64,000 nucleotides of DNA from a bacterium (GCA_021813125.1 JAKALT010000001.1:64023-128022); one strand, 5' to 3'. Shown: positions 18,161-28,572, numbered from the stretch's first letter. Program-made: numbers and translations. The notes: generated from the sequence alone by a model not told the origin.

Positions 18161-18688
18161 GTGAGGAAACTGCCCGAACTACCGGTTTCTAAGTTCCTAT
18201 TCAAAAATGACCGTACAGCCATTTTTTGGCTTATTGTTAGGCTTTATGTAGGCTGGCAATGGCTTGAGGCTGGTTGGGAGAAAATAACAGGGCCTTCAAG
18301 TGCCAAATGGGTAGGAGACCAGGCAGGGGTTGCCGTTCAGGGATTTTTGACAGGAGCCCTTAAAAAAAGCTCCGGAGCTCACCCGGATGTTCAAAGCTGG
18401 TATGCGTCCTTCATAAGCACTTTTGCAATTCACCACACGGTGGCATTTTCCTATATGGTAGCTTTTGGCGAGTTTTTTGTCGGAGTCGGGTTAATTCTCG
18501 GCCTCTTCACCGGACTTGCAGCATTTTTTGGTGGGTTTATGAATGTGAACTATCTTTTTGCAGGAACAGTCAGCACAAACCCGCTTCTTCTGGTTTTGGA
18601 AATCCCTTTAATTCTTGCCTGGCGTGTTGCGGGGTTAATCGGTGTGGACCGCTACATTCTTCCACGCCTGTTTAAAAAAAAGCACTAA
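18161..18688 (+). CDS. DoxX/DoxD-family membrane protein
   Basis: RLYVGWQWLEAGWEK, GEFFVGVGLILGLFT, AGTVSTNP, GVD. Confidence 0.88.
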   Translation: MRKLPELPVSKFLFKNDRTAIFWLIVRLYVGWQWLEAGWEKITGPSSAKWVGDQAGVAVQGFLTGALKKSSGAHPDVQSWYASFISTFAIHHTVAFSYMVAFGEFFVGVGLILGLFTGLAAFFGGFMNVNYLFAGTVSTNPLLLVLEIPLILAWRVAGLIGVDRYILPRLFKKKH

Positions 18689-19627
18689 TCATTTAATAAC
18701 CAAAGCATTCGGCAGATTTCTTCCCGGTCCAACCCTGTATCCTCCGTTATAAAGCGCACTCGAACCGCCGCCGTCCAAATTCAATGCGTCCGTTGCCCCG
18801 AGAGCCTTGAAAATATTTACCATATCGCTCATATTGGCGCTTCTTGCAACAACCAGAAACAACTTACCGCCACCAAACCCTATTCCGGAACGAGTCCCTT
18901 TTGTAACCCTTAAATTATCAGTTAAGGAACCTTCGTCTAAAACCGTATTCCCGCCGGCAATAAGGGACGGGTAATTTACTATCCCGCCCGTGATATCGGA
19001 AGGTGCTCCGACGCAAGCTGCACAAGGGAAAAATTGAACCGACCCGGATCTAAACACCATCATCCCGCGCCCGTTCCAAAAAAGCGTATCGGATCTCATC
19101 CAGCGTTTTTTCCTATTATTCCAAACCGGAAAATCATACGTATTTATCTTGCCGCTACACCATCCATAATCCGGCGGACAAAAATATGTCCCGTTTATTC
19201 CGGCCTTGCCTCCATTTTCAGCAACATATTGTGCAAGCGGCTTTGCCGGGCAATTATTCGAACAGTCATCATCGTTGGCACTATCGGTAACAACGGTTGT
19301 TGCGCCAATATCAAAAGTTAATACAGTATAGTTTCCTCCGGTACTTATATTGCTCCCTGAAGAAGGAGTCATTGTCGGTAAAACTGGTTTAGGCGTGGGT
19401 GTTGGTGTGGGTGGGGCCTCTTTGGATTCAATTCTTTGCTGAATTTGAAAGGCGGGTGTTGCAGAAGGCGTCGGTGAATTCGCTGGTTTAGCACTGGGCG
19501 AGGTAGAAGGCGAAGCGAGTGAAACAACCGGTTCAGGATAAGGGGCAACGCGGCTATTCGGCTGTGAATAAAGAATAATAGAAGCGAGGCTCACAACAAT
19601 TATCGGGATAATTATAAGAAAAGGCAT
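18689..19627 (-). CDS. Phosphodiester glycosidase (NAGPA) family protein with Pro/Thr linker
   Basis: AGINGTYF, TRSGIG, ALNLDGGGSS, GRNLPNAL. Confidence 0.85.
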   Translation of the reverse strand: MPFLIIIPIIVVSLASIILYSQPNSRVAPYPEPVVSLASPSTSPSAKPANSPTPSATPAFQIQQRIESKEAPPTPTPTPKPVLPTMTPSSGSNISTGGNYTVLTFDIGATTVVTDSANDDDCSNNCPAKPLAQYVAENGGKAGINGTYFCPPDYGWCSGKINTYDFPVWNNRKKRWMRSDTLFWNGRGMMVFRSGSVQFFPCAACVGAPSDITGGIVNYPSLIAGGNTVLDEGSLTDNLRVTKGTRSGIGFGGGKLFLVVARSANMSDMVNIFKALGATDALNLDGGGSSALYNGGYRVGPGRNLPNALVIK

Positions 19628-19688
19628 TAACTATAACCATTGTACTAAATTACTATTGGGGCTTTTTACTCATACCTTTAAACTTAAA

Positions 19689-19850
19689 CTATTTAATGCC
19701 AACTTCTTTGAAGATAGTGTCAAATTCGTCGTTTTCTTTTACGCCCTGATGTGAATGGTCGCTTCTGTTTTGAGAAATATGGCTATCTGCATCCTCTCGG
19801 CTTTTGGCCACATAGCCGCATGCAGGGCATTTCCAATAATATTCTGCCAT
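19689..19850 (-). CDS. Small C2H2-type zinc-finger-like protein (53 aa), not in ORF track
   Basis: Perfect SD AAGGAGGTGA; MAEYYWKCPACGYVAKSREDADSHISQNRSDHSHQGVKENDEFDTIFKEVGIK (CxxC-x12-H-x7-H). Confidence 0.7.
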   Translation of the reverse strand: MAEYYWKCPACGYVAKSREDADSHISQNRSDHSHQGVKENDEFDTIFKEVGIK

Positions 19851-19971
19851 TCTAATCACCTCCTTAAAGTATAAATATAGAAAAATTTTACGTGGTCACC
19901 ATAAAAAAAGTGTAATGATTAGGTAATAGATTTAATTTGAATTATGGCTAATAAGTGCTACAATTTGCGCC

Positions 19972-21168
19972 ATGGCGACTATAAATTCAAATTATGACAA
20001 GCTGCCTGCCACCTATCTTTTTAGTGAAATAGCAAAAAGAACCGCGGTTTTTGCTAAAAAAAATCCTGGTGTAGAGATCCTAAAACTTGGGATAGGCAAC
20101 ACAACAGAACCTATTGGACATGTAGTCATTTCGGGTTTAAAAAAAGGTGTCGAAAAACTTTCCAAATTATCAACCTATTCCGGCTACGGAGATGAGCAGG
20201 GCGATTCACGTTTAAGAGAAGCCTTATCAAACTGGTATAAAAAATCCAAAATTCAAATCGACCCTTTGGAAATTTTTGTTTCCGATGGAGCAAAAGCAGA
20301 TTCTGCCAACATTCAATCAATCTTTGACTCCGGAAACAAAATTGCTATCTGCGATCCGGTTTACCCCGTCTACAAAGACAGCAATATCCTAGCAGGCAGG
20401 GAAAATATCTATTACATGTCATGCACAGAAAAAAATGGCTTTTTCCCGGATATTCCAAAAAATAAAGTTGATTTAATCTATATTTGCAGTCCTAATAATC
20501 CGACTGGGGCAGTTGCTACTAAAGCTCAACTCAAAAGGTTTGTGGATTTTGCAATTAAAAACAAATCAATTATAATTTTTGACGCGGCTTATTTTGCCTA
20601 TATTTCCAATCCTAAACTCCCAAAAAGCATCTATGAAATTCCGGGTGCTAAAAAATGTGCGATAGAAATAAACAGTTTTTCCAAATGGGCAGGGTTTACC
20701 GGCGTACGCCTCGGCTGGACGGTTGTGCCAATGGATTTAATCTGCCAAAACTCAAAGCGCGGTAAGCTAAATTCTCTATGGAACAGAAGACAAACAACCA
20801 TGTTTAACGGCGCTTCCAACATTGCCCAAGAAGGTGGGTTAGCATCTCTTACAAGTGACGGTGTCAAGCAATGTCAGAAAGTTGTAAATTACTATATGCA
20901 AAACGCCAAACTCATAAGAATTACTCTGGAAAGGATGGGCCTTAAAGTTTATGGAGGCCAAAACGCCCCATATATTTGGCTTAAAGTACCTCTTGGCATG
21001 ACATCATGGGATTTTTTTGAAAAGCTTTTGTCAGAAGCTCATGTCGTTGGCACGCCGGGCTCGGGATTTGGGCCAAGCGGTGAAGGTTTTTTCAGGCTCA
21101 GCGCGTTCGGACACCGTCAAAATATAAAAAAAGCTCTTACCTCTATTGAGAAAAATCTAAAAATATGA
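19972..21168 (+). CDS. dapL: LL-diaminopimelate aminotransferase
   Basis: YLFSEI, LGIG, SGYGDEQG, SDGAK, CSPNNPTG, SFSKWAGFTGVRLGW, FNGASNIAQ. Confidence 0.93.
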   Translation: MATINSNYDKLPATYLFSEIAKRTAVFAKKNPGVEILKLGIGNTTEPIGHVVISGLKKGVEKLSKLSTYSGYGDEQGDSRLREALSNWYKKSKIQIDPLEIFVSDGAKADSANIQSIFDSGNKIAICDPVYPVYKDSNILAGRENIYYMSCTEKNGFFPDIPKNKVDLIYICSPNNPTGAVATKAQLKRFVDFAIKNKSIIIFDAAYFAYISNPKLPKSIYEIPGAKKCAIEINSFSKWAGFTGVRLGWTVVPMDLICQNSKRGKLNSLWNRRQTTMFNGASNIAQEGGLASLTSDGVKQCQKVVNYYMQNAKLIRITLERMGLKVYGGQNAPYIWLKVPLGMTSWDFFEKLLSEAHVVGTPGSGFGPSGEGFFRLSAFGHRQNIKKALTSIEKNLKI

Positions 21169-22394
21169 CCAAAAAAACTTTGCCTTTCACAAAAACTCAA
21201 ATAAAAAAGATAATAAAAAGCTATCCTACGCCGTTTCATGTCTATGATGAAAAAGCCATTAGAAAAAACGCCAGAAATCTGCTTAAAACCTTTTCATGGA
21301 ATAAAGGATTTAAGGAATTTTTTGCAGTTAAAGCTTGTCCGAACCCATACATCTTAAAAATATTAAAAGAAGAAGGCTTTGGTGCGGATTGCAGTTCTCT
21401 GCCTGAACTTTTACTGGCGGAAAAAGCGGGCATTTTAGGTGAAAATATTATGTTTTCTTCAAACGAAACCCCGGCTCGCGAGTATAAAAAGGCAATGGAA
21501 CTGGGGGCAATTATCAATCTAGATGATATTACCCACTTAAAATATTTAGAAAAAAACGCCGGCTTGCCTAAACTTATTTGTTTTCGCTATAACCCGGGCC
21601 CACTAAGAAAAGGGAATGCCATAATCGGAAAACCCGAGGAAGCAAAATACGGTTTAACCAGAGAACAATTATTCAAAGCATACAAAATGGCAAAAGAAAA
21701 AGGCATAAAAAGATTTGGGATTCATACCATGGTGGCGTCAAACGAACTTAATCCTGATTACTTTGTCGAAACTGCCGGAATGCTTTTGGGTTTAACAATC
21801 GAAATCTCAAAGCTGCTTGGAATAAATTTTGAATTTATAAACATCGGAGGCGGAATTGGTATTCCATATATGCCTGACCAAACTGCCGTTAATTTAAACA
21901 AAGTTTCAAATGGTATAAAAAAGCTTTTTAAAAAATCGAAAGTGAAGCTTTTTATGGAAAACGGCAGAATGATAACAGGCCCATACGGCTACCTGGTCAC
22001 GACCGCCATTCACAAAAAGGACATTTACAAAAAATACATCGGTGTTGATGCCTGCATGGCTAATTTAATGAGGCCGGGAATGTATGGAGCTTATCATCAC
22101 ATCACTGTTTTGGGCAAAGAAAAAGCTCAAAACTCTCAAACGTACGATATTGTCGGGTCGCTTTGCGAAAACAACGACAAATTTGCAATCGATAGAAAGT
22201 TTCCAAAGATAGAAATAGGGGATATTTTAATAATCCACGATACAGGGGCCCATGGCTTTGCGATGGGCTTTAACTACAATGGAAAATTAAGATCCGCCGA
22301 ACTTCTTTTTAAGCCAAACGGGAAAGTAGAACAAATTAGAAGAGCAGAAACCGTTGAAGATTATTTTCAAACGCTAGATTTTTCAAAATTATAA
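21165..22394 (+). CDS. lysA: Diaminopimelate decarboxylase
   Basis: FFAVKA, NIGGGIG, ENGR, MRPGMYGAYH, GSLCENND, HGFAMGFNYN. Confidence 0.92.
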   Translation: MTKKTLPFTKTQIKKIIKSYPTPFHVYDEKAIRKNARNLLKTFSWNKGFKEFFAVKACPNPYILKILKEEGFGADCSSLPELLLAEKAGILGENIMFSSNETPAREYKKAMELGAIINLDDITHLKYLEKNAGLPKLICFRYNPGPLRKGNAIIGKPEEAKYGLTREQLFKAYKMAKEKGIKRFGIHTMVASNELNPDYFVETAGMLLGLTIEISKLLGINFEFINIGGGIGIPYMPDQTAVNLNKVSNGIKKLFKKSKVKLFMENGRMITGPYGYLVTTAIHKKDIYKKYIGVDACMANLMRPGMYGAYHHITVLGKEKAQNSQTYDIVGSLCENNDKFAIDRKFPKIEIGDILIIHDTGAHGFAMGFNYNGKLRSAELLFKPNGKVEQIRRAETVEDYFQTLDFSKL

Positions 22395-22395
22395 A

Positions 22396-23739
22396 ATGAT
22401 AGTTTCTAAATTTGGTGGCACATCGGTTTCAACCCCTCAAAAAATAACAAACCTCTGCCGGATTACCGAAAAGAGGTTAAAGAGGAATCCTATTGTTGTC
22501 GTTTCGGCAATAGCCGGTGTAACCGATTTACTTTTAGAAATTACCCAAACTCCAAAAGATTCCAAGAAGTCCCTAGAAAAGATTAAAAAAATCCACAGTG
22601 ATCTTGTCACTGGCATCTTTAAAGGCGATCAATTAAAAGAAGTTGCAAACTACATTGACCAAAAACTCCTAGATCTTTCAAAAATTGCGCGAAAACAAAC
22701 CTATGAAAAATCAGAAATAGATGAAATCCTCTCCTTTGGCGAAATAATGTCATCCTATATCGCCTACCAGGCTCTTGAGCAATTCGGAATCGCTGCCAAA
22801 CAGGTTATTGCAACGGAAATAATAGTTACCAACGACAATTTCAATTCTGCGGATTTTTTACCGGCACCGACAAAGCAGAAGGTAAAAAAAGTCCTTTTAC
22901 CAATCATTAGTGCAAAAATAGTGCCTGTTATTACCGGATTTATAGGATCTACAAAAGGCGGTAAAACGATTACTTTAGGACGCGGTGGTTCGGATTACAC
23001 TGCCGCGATTATCGGATTCAGCTTGAATGCCGAAGAGATAGAAATTTGGACCGATGTAGACGGGATTTTTACAACAGATCCGAAAATTGCCCCGAAAGCA
23101 AAATTGATCCGCCAAATTTCTTATAAGGAAGCCTCCGAACTTGCCGCATTTGGTGCAAAAGTCCTTCACCCAAGAACCATAAAACCCGCGGTAAAAGGAG
23201 GAATTGCGGTTAGGGTTTTAAACACCCAAGATATTAATTGTCAAGGAACTCTTATTTGCGATAAGCCGGATTTAAAAAATCCAATCACTGCGATTTCTTT
23301 CAAAAGAAGGGTTACGCTGGTAAATATCTACTCAACCGAAATGTTATTTTCAAAAGGATTTTTAGCCAAAATATTTAAAGTTTTTACAAAGCACAATATC
23401 TCAATCGACCTGGTAAGCGTTTCGGAGGTAACCGTTTCTGTTACATTGGAAAACCATGCCTCTCTCACGGAAGCTCTCGAAGAACTTTCAACGTTCTCTA
23501 CCGTGTCTACAAGCAGCAATTTTGGCATGGTTTCACTAATTGGAGAAGGTGTTGCTACATCAAGCAAAACCATCAGGAAAATTTTTGATATTTTAGATAA
23601 GAAAAAAATACTTGTTAAAATGATTTCTTTGGGAGCAAGTGATATTAACGTTAGCCTAGTGATACAATACGACCAAATAGAAGAAGCGGTTAAAATTTTG
23701 CACAATAAATTACTGATAAAAAACTTAAAAACAAAATGA
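22396..23739 (+). CDS. lysC: Aspartate kinase with ACT domains
   Basis: KFGGTSV, TLGRGGSDYTA, WTDVDG, GAKVLHP. Confidence 0.95.
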   Translation: MIVSKFGGTSVSTPQKITNLCRITEKRLKRNPIVVVSAIAGVTDLLLEITQTPKDSKKSLEKIKKIHSDLVTGIFKGDQLKEVANYIDQKLLDLSKIARKQTYEKSEIDEILSFGEIMSSYIAYQALEQFGIAAKQVIATEIIVTNDNFNSADFLPAPTKQKVKKVLLPIISAKIVPVITGFIGSTKGGKTITLGRGGSDYTAAIIGFSLNAEEIEIWTDVDGIFTTDPKIAPKAKLIRQISYKEASELAAFGAKVLHPRTIKPAVKGGIAVRVLNTQDINCQGTLICDKPDLKNPITAISFKRRVTLVNIYSTEMLFSKGFLAKIFKVFTKHNISIDLVSVSEVTVSVTLENHASLTEALEELSTFSTVSTSSNFGMVSLIGEGVATSSKTIRKIFDILDKKKILVKMISLGASDINVSLVIQYDQIEEAVKILHNKLLIKNLKTK

Positions 23740-24473
23740 AAATAGCACTTGTCGGATACGGCAATATGGGCCGGGAAATCGAAAATTTAATAATGGATTA
23801 CCCTGCTTATTCCATCGTTTCCGTGAGCTACAAAAAAATAACCGACAAATTGGATAAAGCCGGTATAAAAAAAGCCGACGTTGTTATCGATTTCACGTCT
23901 CCCGAAATTATAGTAGACAATATAAAAGAAATTCTTGCAATGAAGAAAAAATTAGTTATCGGGACGACTGGTTGGTACGATAAGTTGGATGAAGTAAAAT
24001 CGACAGTAAAAAAATATAATGGTGGCCTAATTTACGCTAAAAATTTTTCCGTCGGAGCAAACATTTTTTTCAAAATAGTTACTCAAAGCTCTCAGCTTTT
24101 TAATAAATGTGAAGGCTATGATGTTTATGGTCTCGAAATCCATCATAGGGGTAAAAAAGACAGCCCCAGTGGCACTGCCAAAAAAATTTCTGACCTGATA
24201 GTAGGCTCTTATAAACAAAAAAAGACCGCTCAATTTGAAAAACTTGATCGCCAGATTGAAAAACAAGAAATCCATTTTGCCTCAGTTCGCGGAGGTAACA
24301 ACCCCGGTTATCACGAAGTGGTCTTTGATAGTCTGGCGGACGAAATCAAACTTTCACATCAGGCCCACAATAGGCGTGGCTTTGCTCAGGGCGCTTTGCT
24401 CGCAGCCAAGTTTATAATGAAAAACAAAGGCCTGTGGTCTTTCGAGGATTTATTTGAAAGGGGTAGAATTTGA
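23736..24473 (+). CDS. dapB: 4-hydroxy-tetrahydrodipicolinate reductase
   Basis: GYGNMG, IDFT, GTTG, NFSVG, EIHHRGKKDSPSGTA. Confidence 0.95.
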   Translation: MKIALVGYGNMGREIENLIMDYPAYSIVSVSYKKITDKLDKAGIKKADVVIDFTSPEIIVDNIKEILAMKKKLVIGTTGWYDKLDEVKSTVKKYNGGLIYAKNFSVGANIFFKIVTQSSQLFNKCEGYDVYGLEIHHRGKKDSPSGTAKKISDLIVGSYKQKKTAQFEKLDRQIEKQEIHFASVRGGNNPGYHEVVFDSLADEIKLSHQAHNRRGFAQGALLAAKFIMKNKGLWSFEDLFERGRI

Positions 24474-25363
24474 TGAAAATTAAAAAAATAGCGGGAACTA
24501 TTCCTGCAATGGTTACACCTTTTGATGACAAAAAAAATCTGGATATCCCGGCTCTTAAGAATCTGGTCAAATTTCTAATATCCGGCGGTATAGATGCCAT
24601 AGTCCCTTGTGGTTCAACCGGAGAAGCCGCAACTCTAAACCTTGAAGAATACGAAACGGTTATAAAAACTACAGTTGGCGAGGTTGCAGGCAAAATCCCT
24701 GTTATTGCCGGCGCTGGCAGTAATGACACCCAAAAAGCAGTCCATCTTTCGCAGATTGCCAAACGGGCAGGAGCGGATGTTCTTTTACACGTTTCGCCAT
24801 ATTATAACAAGCCGACAAACGAAGGATTGGTAGCTCATTTCAAGCAAATTGCCAAATCGGTGGACCTTCCCATCATAATCTATAACGTTCCCGGAAGAAC
24901 CGGGTCAAATATTTCTGCCGAAATCACACTACGAATAGCCAAAGACATTCCTCATGTAATTGGCATTAAAGAAGCATCCGGAAACATTGGCCAGATGATG
25001 GAAATCATAAAGGGTGCGCCAAAAGATTTTTCGGTTCTTTCCGGCGATGACGCAATCACGCTTCCTTTAATATCCGTCGGCGGTGTTGGAATAATATCTG
25101 TTGCCGCAAATGAAATTCCCAAAGAAATGACAAATATGGTTAACGCCGCCTTGGAGGGGAATTTTAAAAAGGCAGCAAAAATCCACTATGAAATTTTAGA
25201 TCTTATGAACGGAAACTTCATCGAAACAAATCCAATTCCTGTTAAAACAGCACTTTTTATGATGGGCAAAATTAAAGAAAATTTCAGGCTCCCCCTTGTT
25301 CCAATGGCAGCCAAAAACAAAGAAACATTATCCCAAATTCTCAAAAAGCTTTCCTTAATATGA
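24470..25363 (+). CDS. dapA: 4-hydroxy-tetrahydrodipicolinate synthase
   Basis: [37 protein letters not shown]. Confidence 0.96.
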   Translation: MMKIKKIAGTIPAMVTPFDDKKNLDIPALKNLVKFLISGGIDAIVPCGSTGEAATLNLEEYETVIKTTVGEVAGKIPVIAGAGSNDTQKAVHLSQIAKRAGADVLLHVSPYYNKPTNEGLVAHFKQIAKSVDLPIIIYNVPGRTGSNISAEITLRIAKDIPHVIGIKEASGNIGQMMEIIKGAPKDFSVLSGDDAITLPLISVGGVGIISVAANEIPKEMTNMVNAALEGNFKKAAKIHYEILDLMNGNFIETNPIPVKTALFMMGKIKENFRLPLVPMAAKNKETLSQILKKLSLI

Positions 25364-26409
25364 AAAAAGTTAAAGTAGGAATACTTGGTGCAACTGGCGC
25401 AGTTGGCCAAAGATTTGTCCAGCTTCTCGAAAACCATCCATGGTTTGAAGTAACAGCACTTTGTGCTTCCGAAAAAAGCGCCGGAAAAAGTTATCAGGAA
25501 GCAGCTGCATGGAGAATGCCAACTGAAATCCCGGCAAAAATTAAAAACTTAAAGGTTAAACCCTGCGAGCCAGACTTCGAGGCCAAATTGGTTTTCTCAG
25601 GTCTCGATTCATCCGTTGCCGGTGAGATAGAAGACAACTTTGCAAATCGTGGATATATAGTAGTCAGTAATTCCAAAAACCATCGTATGGAAAAAGATGT
25701 CCCGCTTTTAATTCCAGAAATTAATCCGGACCATTTAGCACTTATCAAATCTCAACAAAAAAGGCGCAAAAGTAAAGGGTTTATAGTCACCAATCCAAAT
25801 TGCACAACTGTTGGCTTGGCCATAGTTCTAAAGCCCCTAGATGATGCTTTCAAAATCAAATCAGTTTTAGTTACGTCCATGCAAGCTTTATCTGGCGCCG
25901 GTTATCCGGGAGTAGCCTCGCTGGATGCTCTCGACAACGTCGTCCCTTTTATAAAAGATGAAGAGGAAAAGGTAGAAACAGAACCTCTAAAATTGCTTGG
26001 AACTCTCTCAAAAAATCATATAGCACTCTCACCTATAAAAATCAGTGCCTCTTGCAATAGGGTTTCCGTAAGAGACGGTCATACGGAATCTGTTGAATTA
26101 ACCTTTGCCCAAAAACCGCAGCCATCTCAAGTCATTAAAGTTTTAGCTCAATTTAAAGGGGTACCCCAAAAGATGGGTCTACCTTCGGCGCCTCGAAATC
26201 CAATTCTAGTCGCAGAAGATGAATCACGCCCGCAACCTGTTTTAGATCGTGACATTAATAATGGAATGTCTGTCACGGTTGGCAGAATCCGCAAGTCAAA
26301 TGTTGCGGACATTAAGCTCACTCTTTTAGTTCATAACACAATTCGTGGTGCTGCAGGCGCTGCCATTTTAAACGGCGAGCTGCTTAAAGCAAAAGAATTC
26401 CTCAGTTAG
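25360..26409 (+). CDS. asd: Aspartate-semialdehyde dehydrogenase (archaeal/fungal-like clade)
   Basis: [32 protein letters not shown]. Confidence 0.95.
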   Translation: MKKVKVGILGATGAVGQRFVQLLENHPWFEVTALCASEKSAGKSYQEAAAWRMPTEIPAKIKNLKVKPCEPDFEAKLVFSGLDSSVAGEIEDNFANRGYIVVSNSKNHRMEKDVPLLIPEINPDHLALIKSQQKRRKSKGFIVTNPNCTTVGLAIVLKPLDDAFKIKSVLVTSMQALSGAGYPGVASLDALDNVVPFIKDEEEKVETEPLKLLGTLSKNHIALSPIKISASCNRVSVRDGHTESVELTFAQKPQPSQVIKVLAQFKGVPQKMGLPSAPRNPILVAEDESRPQPVLDRDINNGMSVTVGRIRKSNVADIKLTLLVHNTIRGAAGAAILNGELLKAKEFLS

Positions 26410-26411
26410 TT

Positions 26412-26440
26412 TTGACAATCCTAATAGTCAAGGGTATAAT
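26412..26440 (+). promoter_or_regulatory. Consensus sigma70 promoter
   Basis: TTGACA-N17-TATAAT. Confidence 0.8.
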
Positions 26441-26558
26441 TCTTTCTTCTGCCCACTAAATCGCAATATAGAATAAGGATAAGCTTACAAATTTATTACA
26501 CGATTTTCTTATTCTATTAACATAAAACCTTTAATGTCCCTAGAAAGGAATATTAACA

Positions 26559-27731
26559 ATGTCCAATATTAGAGAACGCATAGAACATCGCAGATTTTTA
26601 AACAGGCAAACGCTTCTAAGCGGAGCAATAGCAACAGGTATCAGTATTACGGCTGGGGCAAAAATTGAAAACAATATTCACCACGAAGCAATTTCAGCAA
26701 AAGTACCGGTGACGCGAGGAGTAGATCCTAATCATGAAGCCTACATGGCAACTGCAACCTTAACACCAGAGCCCACCGAAACGCCGGAATTAACTTCAAC
26801 CCCGACAGCACTTTCAACATCAACACCGGAATCATCCGCAACGGAAGAGTCAACGGAAACATCAACCGCAACAAGTACGCCGGTCTCAACACCATTCCCT
26901 GAATTTCCGGGCTGCGAAGACCAAACCGAGCCTGGTGATATTGCTCATTACGACACAGGCCTACATTGGATAGTTGGTGACGGGTTGCAGGAAGGAAGAG
27001 ATGACGTTTACAGTCTCGAAGACGGTGATGTCCTGCAGTGTTTTTGCCCGCCCCAAGATGAATTTGTAGAAGGGGACGAAGGTATCCAAACAAACTGGAT
27101 AAAGACCGATGAGGGCGATAAAGAAAAAATGCCGCCAGAAGTATTCGGTTTTTTCAGAGTTTGGGGTCCGGATTTTGGCCTGCAACAAAGGTGGTATTAC
27201 GCATCCGGTGCCGATAAACCTTCCCCAACAACGCCCAACTTTGACTGCAACCCTGAAGCCCCAACAGCGACCGCAACAGATACTGCTACTCCAACAGACA
27301 CACCTCAACCTACGGATACACCAATGCCTACAGACACTCCAACCGCAACGGACACGCCCCAGCCAACCGATACTCCCGAGCCAACGGACACCCCAACAAA
27401 TGTTCCTGAAACTGCAACACCCGTCTCTCACAAAGTAAAATCGGCAACCCCTACCAGAACAAAAACCAGTGTGCCACCAACAAAAACTCCAAAGCCCAAA
27501 CCGACTGAGGTTAAGATTCCTATGAATGTAGAAACTCCCCAGTCCAAACCTCCGATCGAAAAGGGTTTTCCAAATACCGGCAATCCTGACAATAAAAAAA
27601 CCAATTTAATCTATGCAGCTATGGCAGCAGTATCCGGACTTTCCCTAACAGGGGCCGGATTAAAATTTGGAAGAGGAAGATCACAAGATACACGAACCAG
27701 AATAGCAGCAGCCCTGGCAAGAAGAAAATAA
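26559..27731 (+). CDS. Pro/Thr-rich surface protein with LPxTG-like (FPNTG) C-terminal sorting signal
   Basis: N-terminal RRFL plus hydrophobic segment, PTDTP repeats, Cys-containing central domain, FPNTG then hydrophobic stretch and basic tail. Confidence 0.7.
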   Translation: MSNIRERIEHRRFLNRQTLLSGAIATGISITAGAKIENNIHHEAISAKVPVTRGVDPNHEAYMATATLTPEPTETPELTSTPTALSTSTPESSATEESTETSTATSTPVSTPFPEFPGCEDQTEPGDIAHYDTGLHWIVGDGLQEGRDDVYSLEDGDVLQCFCPPQDEFVEGDEGIQTNWIKTDEGDKEKMPPEVFGFFRVWGPDFGLQQRWYYASGADKPSPTTPNFDCNPEAPTATATDTATPTDTPQPTDTPMPTDTPTATDTPQPTDTPEPTDTPTNVPETATPVSHKVKSATPTRTKTSVPPTKTPKPKPTEVKIPMNVETPQSKPPIEKGFPNTGNPDNKKTNLIYAAMAAVSGLSLTGAGLKFGRGRSQDTRTRIAAALARRK

Positions 27732-27795
27732 GCCAACCTTACACCTCCGTTTAGTCTATATAGTTGTCTGCATAAAACTATATAATGTAATTAGT

Positions 27796-28179
27796 ATGAA
27801 AGGCTTCGTCGGGAACATCGAAGAAAAAACAGTTGAAAATACCTATTTTAGGCAAGTAGTCTATACCGGTCAGCATGCTCAATTGGTATTGATGTCACTT
27901 GAACCGAACGAAGAAATTGGTATGGAAGTTCATGACGTTACAGACCAGTTTCTAAGAATCGAACAAGGCGAAGGCAAGGTTATCATGGATGGGGAAGAGA
28001 GGGAAGTTAAAAATGGCGATGCAGTAATTGTTCCTGCTGGTACCCAACACAACGTAATGAACACCTCCTCCGAAAATCGGCTAAAGATTTATACAATCTA
28101 CTCGCCGCCGCATCACAAAGACGGAACTGTCCACAAAACTAAAGCAGATGCCCAAAAGGATTCAGCAGACCACCTTTAA
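27796..28179 (+). CDS. Cupin-domain protein
   Basis: EIGMEVH..DQF..E.G.G, VPAGTQHN, YSPPHH. Confidence 0.9.
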   Translation: MKGFVGNIEEKTVENTYFRQVVYTGQHAQLVLMSLEPNEEIGMEVHDVTDQFLRIEQGEGKVIMDGEEREVKNGDAVIVPAGTQHNVMNTSSENRLKIYTIYSPPHHKDGTVHKTKADAQKDSADHL

Positions 28180-28304
28180 CGCCGCTTTATTTGACAGCCC
28201 ACATCAACTTATTAGTAACTATTCAGGATTTTCATTACACCAAAAAGGGTGATAAAATTAGCTTCGCATTGCGGCAAGTCAAACTTGTATGCAATGTACG
28301 ACGT

Positions 28305-28375
28305 TGCGGGATCGTCTAATGGTAGGACGACGGATTCTGGATCCGTCTATCTAGGTTCGAATCCTAGTCCCGCAG
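28305..28375 (+). tRNA. tRNA-Gln(CTG), CCA not encoded
   Basis: Acceptor TGCGGGA/TCCCGCA, D-arm, anticodon arm ACGGA-TTCTGGA-TCCGT, T-arm CTAGG-TTCGAAT-CCTAG. Confidence 0.97.
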
Positions 28376-28532
28376 CAAAGTTAACTTTTCAAGAAATTGG
28401 TAAAAAATGAAGCTAATAGGTTCCAGAATATATTTATTCCCCTGTAGTTTTAGCCTTGCAGCGGAATTGGAGTAGAACCCAAACTAATAAATAGTTTATT
28501 ACGATTTGAAAATAACACATTTTAGGCGTCTC

Positions 28533-28572
28533 TTGACATAGTACATAGTACACTGTATACTATGTACTATGT
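28533..28572 (+). promoter_or_regulatory. Promoter overlapped by a perfect 15-bp inverted repeat (probable auto-operator)
   Basis: TTGACA-N17-TATACT; ACATAGTACATAGTA (28536-28550) / TACTATGTACTATGT (28558-28572). Confidence 0.8.

Noticed and set aside
27261-27425. Repetitive DNA resembling a CRISPR or satellite array
   Set aside because: Codon-level PTDTP protein repeats with no constant repeat-spacer structure; no cas genes in the window
28266-28298. Hairpin just upstream of tRNA-Gln as a separate ncRNA
   Set aside because: Short imperfect stem, most simply part of the tRNA precursor leader
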